Origin: Cycas panzhihuaensis
Taxonomy: Eukaryota; Plantae; Cycadophyta
Assembly (NCBI GenBank): GCA_023213395.1
Contig: CM041465.1
Location: 174,413,741-174,477,740, forward strand
Length of the DNA stretch: 64,000 nt
Direction: 5' to 3'
In this document: positions 14,633 through 29,277 of the stretch, one piece after another
Position numbering within the stretch: position 1 is the stretch's first letter
How the letters are laid out: each line of letters opens with the position of its first letter
Position numbers and translations under genes: made by a program
The notes under the pieces: generated by a model
What the model was told of the DNA's origin: nothing
Database searches by the model: none
The model's input: only the letters and a program-made list of their open reading frames with translations

Positions 14633-14839
14633 CTTATTGTTAAGATGTGTCAATGTTGAAGCAGCACAAACAGATTCACTACTGGTTGGCTTCTCAGGCC
14701 AGCTAGAAGATGGTGAACCAGCATCCACCTCTTTTCCTTCAAGAATCGCAGACATGACTTGCCAATATTCCTCTTCCTCCTCTTTATTGAGATCAATAAG
14801 CTGGATAAAGGTCGGAAGCAAGCGTTGGAACTGGTCTTG
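14633..14839 (-). CDS. Penultimate coding exon of the RSH-like gene
   Basis: Acceptor ttttgcag| then QDQFQRLLPTFIQLIDLNKEEEEEYWQVMSAILEGKEV...LTHLNNK, donor |gcaagg. 207 nt, phase 0 at both ends, in frame with both neighbouring exons. Confidence 0.85.
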
Positions 14840-15236
14840 CTGCAAAATGCAGCATGAAATATGAATACTCACTTAAAATTGCCAAGTTTCTCTCAAATAC
14901 GAGACATGCCATCAAACCAGAGCAACAATTATACATCATACACACAAGTTACCATACAGAGAAGTGGGAGCCATCTGATCATTGACTTTTGAAGACAATT
15001 TGTCTGAAATGGTGTTCATACTTCCATATTCTAAGAACATGTCTATCATACAATCTCTCTGGACACTTAAGTGTTGAATATTGTATTCCTCAATGCAATA
15101 AGTGTAGGTGCTACCATCTAGAATTTCTGAAATTTGGTTTCTCCGTGATTATTAAGCATTCTATTTTTTGTTCTGAAAGAAAAATTATTCCTTAAGAGTA
15201 TAAAGCCCCATTCTACATAATTGAAATCTTACATAC

Positions 15237-15329
15237 CTTGTGATAAAGCCCATCTCGGCACATGGTATACTTCTCTAAACAGGTGCTCCAATCTCCATGC
15301 CCTGGTGCAAACCACCATTGATCTGATAC
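15237..15329 (-). CDS. Third-last coding exon of the RSH-like gene (too short for the ORF track)
   Basis: gggcag| VSDQWWFAPGHGDWSTCLEKYTMCRDGLYHK |gtatgt. 93 nt, canonical splice sites, joins in frame to QDQFQRLLP. Confidence 0.88.
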
Positions 15330-18013
15330 CTGCCCAAATATCAGCATTAAATATCATACATGAATCCAAACACTACAAGAGAGGAACTGAGAGAGCATAG
15401 GCTACTGAAATGTAGTAGCTATTTGTATCCATAAACACAGAATACGGTACCATTAGTCAGAAAGACGCAGCTGTAAAAGAAAACAAAAAGATCTGCTTTA
15501 CACGCAGATTAAGCCCTTGACTCCCCCCTCGAAGGCATACCATACTCAGGGAACTGATACTTATGTTGAATATGCAACTGTGGATGAGGAAGGGAAAAGA
15601 TCTGAGATGTAGACAAACCTAACATTCCATATCAAGTTTGTTTGGGCAAGAGCCAAAATGAGAGAGAACTTTTCCACAACCATAAAATTGGTTATTAATA
15701 AGAAAAAAAATTGAATTAGATGTTGTCTATTCTAGCATCGAACAGCAAGAAGGGCCTGCCCTAGAGTCTGTGAGGAAAGGACATATCCCTTGTGCAGCAG
15801 TAAACAAGTATATCATGGAAAATATATTTGACCAATTTAAGATATGCATATAACTTCTTCCAACTACGTGCCATACAGAGGCTAGCAAATCTTATAGCCA
15901 TGGTTGTCCAAAGTTGCCACTATGGCCTCCATAGTTGCAATTTAGGAAAATCCAGGCGGATGAGTTCTCTTCATTGTTCCCAACAAAATAACAACTTGAA
16001 ACATTGACCATTTTCACACCCAAAGCCAGTGGCTTTGGATGCCCTGAAACAATTTGGGGAATAGAATAACCAGGTTTGAGCTCTGAAACATACCGGTTTT
16101 ACCTATGTTAACTAGGCAGTTTGGAGGATCCAAACCAGGTAACTCCTACCTTGCACTTATCAGATAGCAGAGTCTACTGGACGTGACAATAACTAGACAC
16201 CCCAGAACAAATTTAACTTAGTTTAACATATTATTTCCTCCTCTGTTACACTATCAAATAAAGACATTCAATTGAAAACTACTTGACTATTCAAACAATT
16301 CAAATCATTTGATTAAAGTGCATTGAATGCACACAAAAATGCACCCGGTTAACCAATGCAAAATAAAAAACAAGAGAGGGACTAGAATATTATGGTAATC
16401 AGGAGAGGAATATGCAATTAATATGAAAGAATTTGCTATGTTTAACCCGACTTCTTTTCCTTTACGTAAGGAACTATATGCTGCAGCAAGACAATTAATA
16501 AGGCAATGGATCATTGTTACATAACCGCTAGTGGTTGGCAGAACCCTAGTGAAGGTACTTTTGCTAAGAAAAGGCGGATGTTAATGTTAACTATTAAAAG
16601 GTGTGCATGGGCTACTTGGGCCACCAATGAAAATAAAGGCCGAATACCTCTCCAATTAGATTCATGAACCAAATGGCCATTTTGCTTAATTTAGGCCTTG
16701 TGGATGTAAAGGAAGCTAGCCTTTGAATGAAAAATTGTTGCCGTCCATTTGATGCAAACTTTTGGTGCCTATTTTTGTGTCCATTTGTGCTCTATTTGTG
16801 TTCTACATTTCAGTTTTCTGATCAGGTGTAAAGGAATCCCCGAAAGAATCATATCAAGTGGTATCAAAGCTACGTTCGTAGTCATGGAAAGTTGTTCAAC
16901 AGATCAGAAAAAAATTGATTTTTTTTTTTTTTCTGTCAGATTGAGTACTCTCTCTACCCAAGTAGAGATCGAGGAAAGACTTTTTCTTAGTACTCTCTCT
17001 ACAGAGATTGAGGAACAATACCAACACGACTCAGGAGTTGCGAGGGAAGGGGAATTTCTTCCCCTAGGTAACGCCAGTACTCCATTTTCTTTTTGCTTTG
17101 CATTCTTTTCTTTTAGTTTCATTCGTTTATTTCAATTTATGCATTAGATCATTAGTACAAAGATAGATAACATCGTTGGGCGGTTACCCTTTTTCTTCCC
17201 ACTTATCTTTCTAGGTAGATAATACCGTTTGGCGGTCACCCAAGTAGTTAGGTAGAGACCTTGTACTGGGGGTCTTTAAATATCATAGGGATCTGTCATT
17301 CTGGTTAAGCACATCGTGGCTTTTCTGCCTCTTGCGTGGTGAAGGACCGGAGATAACACTCCTAAACTAAGCCCTAGACAGGATTAGTCGCGTAACATAT
17401 ATAGAACTTGGCTACGGAAGTATGCCTCCATGTACCTTCGATTATATAGGAGGACCCTTTCATGTCCCAAATCCTCCCTAGTATAGGTAAGCTATTGGTT
17501 GTTGAAGTCTTGTAGTGCAGTCATTAGTGGTTAGCACCACAAAGCTACCTGCCTCGAATTTCTGTTTTAGAAGTTTATTGGCAGGCCTATAAAACCAAGC
17601 ACACCTTGTTTAGTGGTTGGTAGGACACCCTGTATCACTTACATCCTGTCTCACTTTTTACTTGAGAGCGCACAACACAACATTTAAACCCCCCCCCCCC
17701 AAAAAAAAAGAAAAAAAAAAGACCCCAATTTCTAAAGTACTCTCCGAATTCAGACTTCTCAAAAAAGGAGGGGAAAAAAAAAAAAAAAGAAAAAGAAAAG
17801 AGAGAAAAAGAAAAGAGAGAAAAAAAGAGCAAAGATAAAAAAAAAACTCCACTTAGTCACACTTTCTAGTACTCTTCTATAGCAAAAAAAAGTCCCATTA
17901 AAATTCATATACCTTAGTTCGATCAGCACGTCCTGTTGGTTATTTTGCACTAGGGTAGTTTTTGCAGTCGCTTTTCACGCTTATCAGTACCCAGGCTACC
18001 CGTGGGCCCCATT

Positions 18014-18334
18014 GGCAAAAATATTCACTTAAAACTCACCTACCCCATCTTGACGGGCTTTTCATGCTCGTTTTGGTGCACCACGTGAGTTCATTGTACT
18101 TTGGGGTCAACCAACTATAGACACCCCAACCCTTGCCCCCCTCTCATCCCCTCACTTACCCCCATCTTCTTTCCGGCAAAACAATTCACTTAAAACTCAC
18201 CTACCCCATCTCGATAGGGTTTTCATGCTCGTTTTGGTGCACTAGGTGAGTCCATTGTACTTTGGGGTCAACCGGCTATAGACACCCCAGCCCCAGCCCC
18301 CCTCTCATCCCATCACTTAACCCCCATCTTCTTT
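18014..18334 (+). repeat. Two-copy ~161-bp tandem repeat in element A's 5' leader
   Basis: GGCAAAA...TTCACTTAAAACTCACCTACCCCATCT...CCCCATCTTCTT starts at 18014 and again at 18175. Confidence 0.9.
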
Positions 18335-18470
18335 AAATGTCCTTTTCCTATCTATTCCCACTTCATCATTCTGTTCTTTCTTCCTCTTCCCACTTCGTAC
18401 AATTCCATTCTTCTATCTAGTCCCATTTCGATCAATCCTCTTCTCTCACACAAGTTAGGACTCACAATCA

Positions 18471-21400
18471 ATGATGGCAACCAAATAGGCCGATAAACTC
18501 CAACAACTTGAAAGCAGTTTCACAACCATTAAGGATGAGTTTCATAACATGCAGGAGCAACTCAACAACAACAATGACCAGAATGCAAAAGAATTTGCAG
18601 ACCTAAAAAGTGAATTCTCATACATTAAGATTGATATTGCAAAATCCTCATAGCTACTCCAATAACTTGTTAACCAAGGAGGTACCTCAAATTCAATAGG
18701 GCTAACCAATCAACAACAAACGCCACCACCTCCTCCATTTCAGAATTATCCACGACAACTACCCTTCCTTCATAAAATCAACATCCCCATTTTTTGATCC
18801 AGAGTTAAATAAGGACAATCCAAGGAGTTGGATTAGCAAGTTGGAGTCATATTTCCAACTCTACCCCATGCCGATTGATGACCACCTTACCTTTGCATCT
18901 ATCCATCTTGATGGGCAAGCTCATCATTAGTTTCAATGGTGGCATAGGGAATACCCTACAAATCAATCTTGGGATCAATTCTACAAAAGCTTCTTTGAGT
19001 GGTATGAGGACACATGGAACCAAAACTTTTTTAGCCAACTCACTCGACTAAAACAGTCCTCGACAGTCGGAGCTTTCACCAATGAGTTCCAAGCTCTTTA
19101 GAACAGGGTCAACATGAAGCTCAATCAACCCACACTAGTTGAAATCTATATGGATGGTCTCAAAGATCGCATCCAAATGCGCCTGAAAACATCCCTACCA
19201 AATACTTTAAGATAGGCTATAACCATGGCAAAAGCAGTTGAAGCGAAATATGCAGCTAAGCGGGCTTTCACTTCTCAACGGGATACACCTTAGTATCTAC
19301 GCTCTCGCCCATCAAACATACAATGACCACGACCCCGATGGGAGGATCATTGGGATGATTGCCCTATAGCAGAACGCCCCATAGTAAAACGACCATTGGC
19401 TGAACAAACTACAAGGTCTGAGCGATTGACTATTGTTGAAGCCAACAACATCGAGAAGCAAGCCTTTGCATCCAATGTGCAAAGAAATGGACTTTCGAAC
19501 ACGGCAAGGTCTATAAAGCCAAGTGTATGGTCTTCACCATTGATCTTGCAACCTTAATCAATGAAGATCTGGATACAAACATTGATCCTGAGGAAGACCC
19601 CGCTATTGATTCTCCCATAGACCCTGAAACTGAACCTGAAGTTTCTCTTTCTACTGTTTCCTCAACTGTCCAGTATGCGCCCTGCCCTAAACCCCTACGC
19701 GTCAAAGGTACATTAAAGAAGATCCCCATAGCCATCCTAATCGACGGTGGGGCATCGCTTAACTTCATTGATATCTCCTTGGCCAGACAGCTTAACCTAC
19801 ACATTGTGCAGGCCTTATTAAAAATCTCCACGTCCAAATGGCACATACCAACTAGATTCTAGTTTTTATGCCATTTTTATAGGTGGATCTAATGCCATCA
19901 TAAGAGTTCAATGGCTCCAAACCCTAGGTATGTACAACACTAATAATTCATCCTCCAACCCATTCATTCTGTTTAAAGACCACTTTGGACAAACCCACGA
20001 ATTACATGGACTCCAACCACCTTTCAATAAACTCTTGACCCCAAAACAAATGAGCCGACAACTGAACAGTAACATTGATTACATAGTTTGCCTCAATAAT
20101 ATTCAACCTCAAGTTGACATTCACCTTGACATCCAACCCATCCTCACCAAGTATCAATTTGTCTTTGACCCACTTTCCAGTAGCCTCCCCCCAGACCGAG
20201 GTTTCCACCACACCATCGAGCTTAAAAACCCCTATAACCCCATTAGCCTACGACTGTACCGCAACTCCTCTTTTCAAAAAAATGAAATCAAATGAATCAC
20301 AACAAAACTTATGGACATGGGAATAATCCAACCCAGTAAAAGTCCTTACGCAACCCCCATCGTGCTTGTTTGAAAAAAGGATGGCTCATTTCGCCTTTGC
20401 ATCGATTATCGAGAGCTTAACAAACTCATGATTAAAAACAATTCCCAACTCCTCGCATTGATGATATGTTGGATGAAATTCATGGGGCCACAGTTTTTTC
20501 TAAATTAAATTTCCAATCAGGTTACTCAGATCCCCATTGCCCCTGAAGATCGTCATAAGACTATTTTTTGAACACACCATGGGCATTTCGAATTCCAGGT
20601 TATGCCCTTTGGATTATGCAATGCCCTGGCTACATTTCAAGGCCTAATGAACAAGATCTTTGGTCACCACCTTCACAAGTCCATCATTGTTTTTTTTTAT
20701 GATATCCTTATCTATAGTTCTTGTATATCTACCCATCTACAGCATTTGGAAATTGCCCTTCAATTTCTTTCCCAACACAAACTCTATGTCAAATTGATTA
20801 AGTGTGAATTTGGGAAGACTGAACTCCAATATCTGGGCCATATCATCTCAGAAGAAGGTGTTCGAGTGGACCTTGCTAAAATTTTAGCCATCATCACATG
20901 GCCCACCCCCAAGACTCTCACTCAACTATGAGCTTTCCTTGGACTCATAGTCTTTTATCGACAATTCATTAAAAATTATGCTTCCATTACCACACCCCTA
21001 ACCAATTTACTTCGGAAGGACTCCTTTCAGTGGTCTCCTAATGCCAACGATGCCTTCAACCATCTCAAATTGCTCATGTCCACCACCCCTATATTGACAG
21101 CCCCAGACTTTTCCAAACCATTACAACTTGAATGCAATGCATCCGACGTAGGCTTAGGAGTTGTCCTCATACAGGATTTTCATCCAATTGCCTTTGAAAG
21201 TCGAAAACTAAAAGACCATGAATGTCGACTTTCAACTTAACAAAAAGAAATGAAGGCTATCCTCCATGCAGTTGATAAGTGGCGTCAGTATTTAATAGGA
21301 TCCAAATTCACTATTTTAACCAACCACCATAGTCTCCATTGTCTCCTTGACCAACCTATCCTTTCTGAAGAGCAAGCAAAGTGGGTTGATCGCCTCCAAG

Positions 21401-22940
21401 TGTTTGACTTCACTATATCTTACAAAAAGGGCAAAGAAAATGTTGTAGCCGATGCTCTCTCTCGTCTCCCGTTGGACCCCTCTGAGCCATCTCTTCCCCT
21501 CAACCTACGTGGCTCCAGGAATTAGCTTATGACAACCAATCCCAACATGATTTCAATAAGTGGTCCTCAAAGATTCTTACTCAGAAGGATTGGACCTTGT
21601 GCAACACCCACCTTCTCTATAAAAATAGAATCTTTGTCCATCCATCCCCCCCCCCCCCCCCCTTTCATTCCTCATATCTTGATCAAGTACCACACCACCC
21701 CCTTAGGAGGTCACTCGGGTTTTGATAAGACCTATCATCGCATCCACTCTGACTTTTACTGGCCCTCAAATGAAATCCTCTATACTAACCTTCATAGCAG
21801 AATGTGACATATGCCAACGTAATAAGGCAGACACGAAGGCTCAGCCTGGGCTCCTCCAACCCCTTCAAATCCCACAGGGCAAATGGCAAGATATCGCAAT
21901 GGACTTCATCACAGGTCTTCCACCCTCAACCACAAATGACTCCATTTGGGTAATCAATGATCGACTAACAAAATATGCCCATTTTCTACCAGTCCATACA
22001 TCCTACCAAGCCCTCTGCCTAGCTGACCTCTATATCCAATTCATTTTTTGTCTTCACGGTTTACCATCCACCATAGTCTTTGACTGAGATCCCAAATTCA
22101 CATCTTCCTTTTGGCAAGAACCTTTTCATGCAGTTGGCACCTCCTTCAACATGAGTTCCTTGTACCACCCCCAGACAGATGGTCAATCAAAGGTCCTTAA
22201 TCGAACCTTAGAGACATATCTTCGTTGTTTTGCATCTGAACACCAAAAACGATGGACCTCTTGGCTAGCTTTAGCGGAATATTGGTATAACTCTTCCCAC
22301 TACTCTGCAATTGGCATGTCCCCATTCATGGCCCATTATGGTTATCCCCCACTATCCTACCATATATTGGCCACTAACCTGCGTACAACCTCGGTGCAAC
22401 AGAAATTGCAAGACATGGACCAAATCCTAAACACACTTAAGCAAGTCTGGCCATGGCTCAGAATTGCATGAAACACCTTGCCGACTGCCACCGCTATGAT
22501 CGAACCTATTGCATTGGTAATATGGTTTTTGTTTGCCTCCAACCTTATAAGCAGCAGTCACTTTGTCATAACACAAATCATAAACTTAGTCCCTGATACT
22601 ATGGTCCCTATAAGGTTAGCTAACGCATTGGGAAAGTTGCATATGCCCTTGAACTCCCTTTTGACACCAAGATCCATAATGTCTTCCACATTTCATACCT
22701 TAAAAACCTCCTTGGCAAGTTCATTGTCCGAGAAACCACTCTCCCAATCCTTGTTGAAGAACAACTCCTAACCATTCCTCTAGACTGTATCTTTGAAACC
22801 AGATACCGTTGTCTCCGAAATAGAACCATTTCTGAGCACTTGGTGCAATGGACCAGCAACGGACCAGAGGAAGCAACATGGGAACTAGATAAATTCGTCA
22901 AGCAACAACCACATCTCTTACGTTGCAAGGACTCAACGTC
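18471..22940 (+). pseudogene. Disrupted gag-pol of element A (gag, protease, RT, RNase H, integrase, chromodomain)
   Basis: Protease ILIDGGASLNFI, RT MPFGLCNA...FFYDILIYS, RNase H KGKENVVADALSR, integrase WQDIAMDFITGLP and YHPQTDGQS, chromodomain LVQWTSNGPEEATWE. Multiple stops and frameshifts. Confidence 0.92.
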
Positions 22941-25900
22941 TCAGGGGAGGGGACCTGTTACATAACTGCTAGTGGTTGGCAGAACCCTAGCAAAGGTACT
23001 TTTGCTAGTAAAAGGCAGATGTTAATAATGTTAACTATTAAAGGGTGTGCATGGGCCGCTTCGGCCACCCATGAAAATAAAGGCTAAATGCCTCTCCAAT
23101 TAGATTCATGGACTAAACGGCCATTTTGCTTATTTAAGGCCTTATGGATGTAAAGAAAGCTAGCTTTTGAATGAGAAACTGTTGTCGCCCATTTGGTGCA
23201 AACTTTTGGTACCCATTTTTGTGTCCATTTGTGTTCTGCATTTTGGTTTTCTAATCAAGTGTGTAAAGGAATCCCTGAAGGAATCATATCAATCATCCCT
23301 CCAAGTTGCATTCTGAAGTAATGTTCACTACTCAAAATGGCATCAAAATTCTTTCAAAATCAAGAATTAAATGAGAAGTGAAATTGGTGAGGCCTGTGCA
23401 GCTCAGTTTTTAAAAACTAAAATTAAAAAATAGCACTAAGCTTGAATTCTTCTCCTTGTGAAAAAGGCCTCTGCCACAGATAATTTCCACTAGCCTATTA
23501 CATACATTTGCCAGTGCATGTCTTGAAAGATAACTACAAGTATTATATGAGTACAAGAGTTATGGTCATCTAGGTGTCCCCTTTAATAATTGGAGTAAAC
23601 TACCCAGCCTGTGTTGTAAACCCATGTCATTAATAGCTTCCAAATGATAGTATGATCTTACACATTCATTATGTGGCTTTCTCTCTCTCTCTCTCTCTCT
23701 CCATTTGGTTTACACATCAACATAAACCAACATGACACAATGAAAAGCTAAATCATAATATATTATCAAAAAGCTAGTGTCAACCAAAGCTCTCTCACAT
23801 CCTGAATCAATGAGAGAAGATTTAAATTTGCTCTCACAATAATGGTCATTCGACCCACCCCCAAACCAGGTTTATATCCTACATTTCTCATTGGTTCCTA
23901 AGGGATGCGAACTAATGGTTGCAACTCATCCTACCTGAATTCATGTTAAAGAAGGTCTGTGTTTTTACCTTTCATGATACCCTATTTATACATTGATTAT
24001 TTACTCAAATCCCCAAATTAGTTAAGATCGTGATTGTTCAATTCATACTCCTTTCATTGTTGTTTAACATAATTTTGTTATGATAAATGAGACTCTATTA
24101 TGTATAACTTAACTTTGTCATGGATAAACCAGGGTTTACATATAAGCTGTGGATTCTATTATCGACAAACTGAATTAAATGTGAATCAATTCTTGTAGCT
24201 TGGAAATCAGTTCCTTTGTTACTTGTAAACTTACTATATCAAAATCGAACTTTGCAATCTGGAAACCAATCTTTCTTTTGGCTTAAATATTGACCTTTTG
24301 TGCATTAAACAATTCAATTATTGTGCCTTTTAGGGGTGCACTTTTACCTTCGCAATCGCACACCTTCTGAGCGTCCTCACTCAAACTCTTAAAAAAAAAA
24401 AAATTGTTCTAAGATTCAACTTCATTCTTGTCGCCCTTCCTAAAATGAATTTTTTTGGTGTTTTTGTTACTTTATATAAGATGATGTGTCTGCCAATTAT
24501 TACATTGTTGTAAGTATAGTTTCAATCAGTTACCATCATGGGCAATAGTTTGCCATCTTTAATTTTCAACTAAATCCATTGGGATTAATTTTGTCCACTA
24601 TATATGGCCCTGACCAATGCTTTTTCAATTCCCTTGGATGCGTGTAGAAGTTTCAATGGTGAAGATGTATCATATCTCTATGTGTAGTAAAATTGGCACA
24701 CTAGGGTCAAGAACAGTTAGGAACAACAACTACAGGCACTGAACGGCATTAGCATGCATTAGAATGACAGTAACAAAGATTGAAATAGCTTTAGCAGAAA
24801 CTAGAAAATCTCCAATAGTTCTAGAGCAGCACTAGAACAACATATGCAAGCGAGGGAATGTGTAACGGTTCTTTCACACAAAAGGACAGAAGTAGGAAAA
24901 AATAGAGCTAAATTTCATAGATAATAGAACACAACTGGCAAATTCGTATATAAGAAGTACCAATATAACATATATCTCTAAATATAAATCAATTACAAGT
25001 GTTGAATATGATGTCAATTCGATACAAAAGTACAAATAGAAGTTTAATAAGTACCAACACAACCTGTAATAGTCACCAAGCCCTTCGAGGTGAGGATCCT
25101 CCTCAGAATTGCAACCCTAAGGTCGAAAATCTGCAGCTGCCTTAAGGCTGAAAATAAGAGGAAGCACTTCACAAATTGATGGAGAATGACCTCAAAAGTC
25201 CCTATTTATAGGCGCTCAAACTGGGACATAATGAAGTCGGCTAGGACAAGGAGAGATGCGCCCAAAATAACCATTGGAAGTCGGCCACAACAAATGCATA
25301 GAGGTTGGCCAGATTCTCAAGGGTCGCTTCAAGTCCCCCCTCTTGAAACTGTGCTTTGCCCTCAAAGCACTGGTAAGTTCGGAAATTGTTTTATCCATTC
25401 GTCTTTCTCCCACGTGGCATCTTCATCATCCAGATTTTTCCATTTGATCAAGTGTTCTCTGATTTGTCTAGATTTGAGGGATCTGGTGCGGGTTTGTAGT
25501 ATTCCTTTTGGCTCCACCATCATTTTTCCTTCTTCGCTTAGCTCCGAAATGTTGGACCGCAGTACTATCTTTTCCCCAACTTTCCTTTTTAGACAAGAAA
25601 CATGAAAGGCATTATGAATTTTTGCGCTTTCTGGGAGCCTTAACTGATATGCAACTTCACCTATTTTGGCAGTGATTTCGTATGGCCCAAAATACCTAAG
25701 TGCTAGCTTTTGGTTGCTTGTTCTCTGTAAGGAAGCCTGTTTGTACAACTGAAGACACAAAAAGACCCAGTTCCCTGCTTCGAATTGTCTTTCAAGGTGA
25801 TTTAGATCAGATTATTGCTTCATCCTGTTTTGTGCCATTGCTAAATTATCTTTCAATCTGTTGATGGTCTCCTCCACTTGCTTCTGATGTTCCTCAACCG

Positions 25901-28900
25901 CCTGGATTTGTGATGGTCTGTTCCAAGTTAATAATGACAATGGATGGTATCCATATAAAGCCTGGAAAGGCGTCATCTTTGTTGAGGAGTGGTAGGTGGC
26001 GTTGTACCACCATTCTGCTAAGTGCAACCATCGGTGCCATTGTTTTTGTTTGTCTGAGTAGAAGTTCCTCAAGTATCCCTCTAAGCATTTATTGATGATT
26101 TCTGTTTGCCCATATGTTTGAGAGTGATACGTTGTGCTCATCTTGAGTTTTGTACTGACGATTTTGAAGAGATCTTGCCAAAATTTACTAGTAAATTTTG
26201 GGTCACGGTCACTTACGATTGCCTTTGGAAAACCATGTAGACAATGGATCTCCTTTATGTACAGTTCTGCAACTTCGTTGGCTTTAGTTATTGATTTCAA
26301 CCCTCTGAAGTGGCCATATTTAGTAAGACGATCTACTATGACCATAATTGCATCCTTCCCTTCTAAGCAGGGTAATCCTGTTATGAAGTCCATAGATATT
26401 TTGTCCAATTTTTGTTCCAGAATTGGCAATGGCTAGAGTAAACTTGGCGTTTTTATGCATTCTATCTTGTTCCTCTGGCAGGTATTGCATTCTGCCACAA
26501 ACTTCTGAACATTTGTTTTTAATCCTTTCCAATAAAAAGAACCTCTTACCTTTTTGTATGTCTTGTCGATCCTTGTGTGGCTTGCTGTAGGTGTGGAGTG
26601 AGCTTCCTGTAATATTATGTCTTTTAGCGTAGATTTTCTTGGAATGCAAATCTTTCCCTTCCTAAGTATTATTCCCTGCAGTATCTCACACAAGCCAATT
26701 TTATCCTCACTTGTTTTATCTATTAACTGCTTGTATCTCGGATCGTTGTTGTATTCCGTTCTCAGTGTCTCGTGCCATGCCAGGGTAGCCACTGATATTG
26801 TTTGTAATGCTAGCTGCTTGTGAGAATCTTCTGGGATCCTTGAGAGGGCATCTACTATGACATTGTCTTTGCCCTTTTTGTACACTATAGTAAAACCAAA
26901 ACATTGTAGTTTGCTCAACCACTTTTGTTGTTCGTTTGACAGCATCTTTTGACTTAAGAAGTACTTGAGACTATCGTGATCTGTTCGTACTTGAAATGGG
27001 CTCCTGAGCAAATATTGTCTCCACTGGTGGATGGCGTACATTATAGCTAGCATCTCTTTGTTGTAAATGGGCTTTAACTTTTCTTAGTTGTTCAGCTTCC
27101 TACTTTCATATGCTATCAGTCTTTCGTCTTGTAATAAGACAGCTCCTATGCCCAACCCTGATGCATCAAAGTCCAAGATGAATGGCTTAGAAAAATCTGG
27201 AATTGCTAAGACTCGAGCTCTTACCATTGCGTCTTTTAGTTCTTCAAAAGCATTGTTGGCCATTGAATTCCATGCGAATGCGTCCTTCTTGGTTAGGTCC
27301 GTAAGTGGGGCCGCTATGCTGGCATATCCTTTTATGAATTTCTTGAGGTATCCTGCTGCTCCTAGGAAACTGCAAACTCCTATGACATTCTTTGGTGCTG
27401 GCCAATTTTCTATCGCCTGGCCCTTCTTGGGGTCAACCTTGATTCCTTCTGGAATAATTATATGACCAAGGTATTCTAGTTCTTGTTGGCCAAAAGAGCA
27501 TTTTTTTCTTGTTCACAAAAAATAATATATTTGCTAAGATTTCTAGAACTAATCTAAGGTGCGCCAAATGCTCACTCCACGTTTTGCTGTAGATAAGAAT
27601 GTCATCAAAAAAGATTAGTACGAATTTCCTTAAGAATTCCTTGAATGTGGAGTTCATGGTGGCCTAGAATGTTGCTGGGGTGTTGGTTAGTCCAAAAGGC
27701 ATCACTTTGAATTCGAATAGTCCCTCGTGAGTTCTGAAGACAGTCTTGTGGACATCTTCTTCTTTTATCCAAATCTAATGGTATCCTAACCACAGATCGA
27801 TCTTGGAGAAGTATTTTTCCCCATGTATCTCGTCTAGCAAGTCGTCGATCCTGGGGATAGGATATCTATTCTTTATAGTTAACTTGTTTAGTCCTCTGTA
27901 ATCTATGCACATCTTGACTATTCCATCTTTCTTGGGGCTAATTATCACTGGAGATGCAAACAGACTTATGCTACTTTGAATGTGGTCCTATGAGAGTAAT
28001 TCTCTAGTTATGTTTTCAATCTCCTTCCTCATGTGGTATACGTGCAGTATAGCCTTATGTTCATTGTTGCGGCTCTTGGGACTAAATCAATAGCATGCTG
28101 AGTTTCTCTTGCTGGGGGTAACCCTTTCGGTTCTTCGAATACTTGTTTATAGTTGTCCAAGTTGTACTGGATCTCTGTTGGTATTTCTTGGATTTTGACC
28201 TTGTGGCATGAGACTATGTATGTGGGCACTTTTTTCTGCATGATCTTCTCCATTCTATGGGACGACACTAGTTGCATCGGTGGGTTTTTTGGTCCACGTA
28301 ATATATATTTTGTGCCGTTTATAAGCACATGGCTCTGGTCATATAGTTGGTGACTATATTCCCTAAGGTTTGCAACCACTATACCCCTAGAACTACATCG
28401 ACTCTGCCTATCTGAATCGCAAACATATTGGAATTCAAAGGATTCTCACCGATTTTCAAGTTGATGTATCTACAAAACCCTCCACAAGGCGTCGTTTTCC
28501 CGTTAGCAATTGATACTTGGAAAGTTTTCAATGGCTCTACCTTTATTCCTAGCTTCTGGGTTGTTGGTCTGTTGATAAAGTTGTGGGTGCTCCCACTATC
28601 CACTAGTACTGTTATTGGAGATCCTTTTAGCATCCCTTCGAATCGTAGTGTCTAAGGTACGTTACTTTGTCCTATTATGGCCTGCAGAGAGATCTGGACA
28701 TTCTCTGTATCAACTTCCAGTAATTCATCCAACTCGGCTTCAATTTGTTCATTGTTGTCTTCCTGATCTGAGACTATGTCTTCTTTTGTTTGTTCTGGTA
28801 TCTCTAATTCTTCGTTATTTAGCATGAATACCTTTCTCCCTGGGCACTGGTGCTCCCGGTTCCACTTTCCCCACATTTGAAACAGGTGCCTTTCTTTATG

Positions 28901-29277
28901 TGTTCTTCTCGCGTAGGATTTTCCGTCGTACTCTTGATTGCAAGAGGAGCATCCGACTTAACTCCTGACCTATTCTAGTTCGCAATGGGTGGTGGTGCAA
29001 ATTCTATTCTACGCACATAGGTTGGCCTGGTCTCTTTGAGTTCAGCTTCGACACATCTGGCATGCCTTATGATTTCTTCCAATGCTCCATGTTGTTGCGC
29101 TAGTATGCAGAATCTTATGGGTGCCTTAAGACCACTTATATAGGTTTCCCTGAGACATTCTTGGGGGATGCTTGATGTAATCATGCATTGTACCATCTAA
29201 AATTGTTTTGTATACTCTTGAACTGATCCGATTTGCTGTAGTCTTGTTAGCTGGGCGGAATAATCCATGGCCCATGA

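Larger units (their letters stand above)
16515..23291 (+). mobile_element. Element A: full-length degenerate Ty3/gypsy chromovirus-type LTR retrotransposon
   Basis: LTRs 16515-16856 and 22956-23291 (TG...CA, roughly 89% identical by eye). TSD ATCAT at 16510-16514 and 23292-23296. PBS TGGTATCAAAGC 16859-16870. PPT AGGGGAGGGGAC just before 22956. Confidence 0.95.

Noticed and set aside
14549-14872. ORF-track 107-aa protein as a standalone gene
   Set aside because: Only 14633-14839 is exonic; both ends are intron read-through.
17617-17950. Lys-rich and Phe-rich ORFs
   Set aside because: They come from a low-complexity A/AG tract in element A's leader.
23297-24640. Candidate upstream RSH exon (AAG|gt donors near 23967, 24294 and 24346)
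   Set aside because: Phase-0 translations contain stops or do not resemble the expected sequence.
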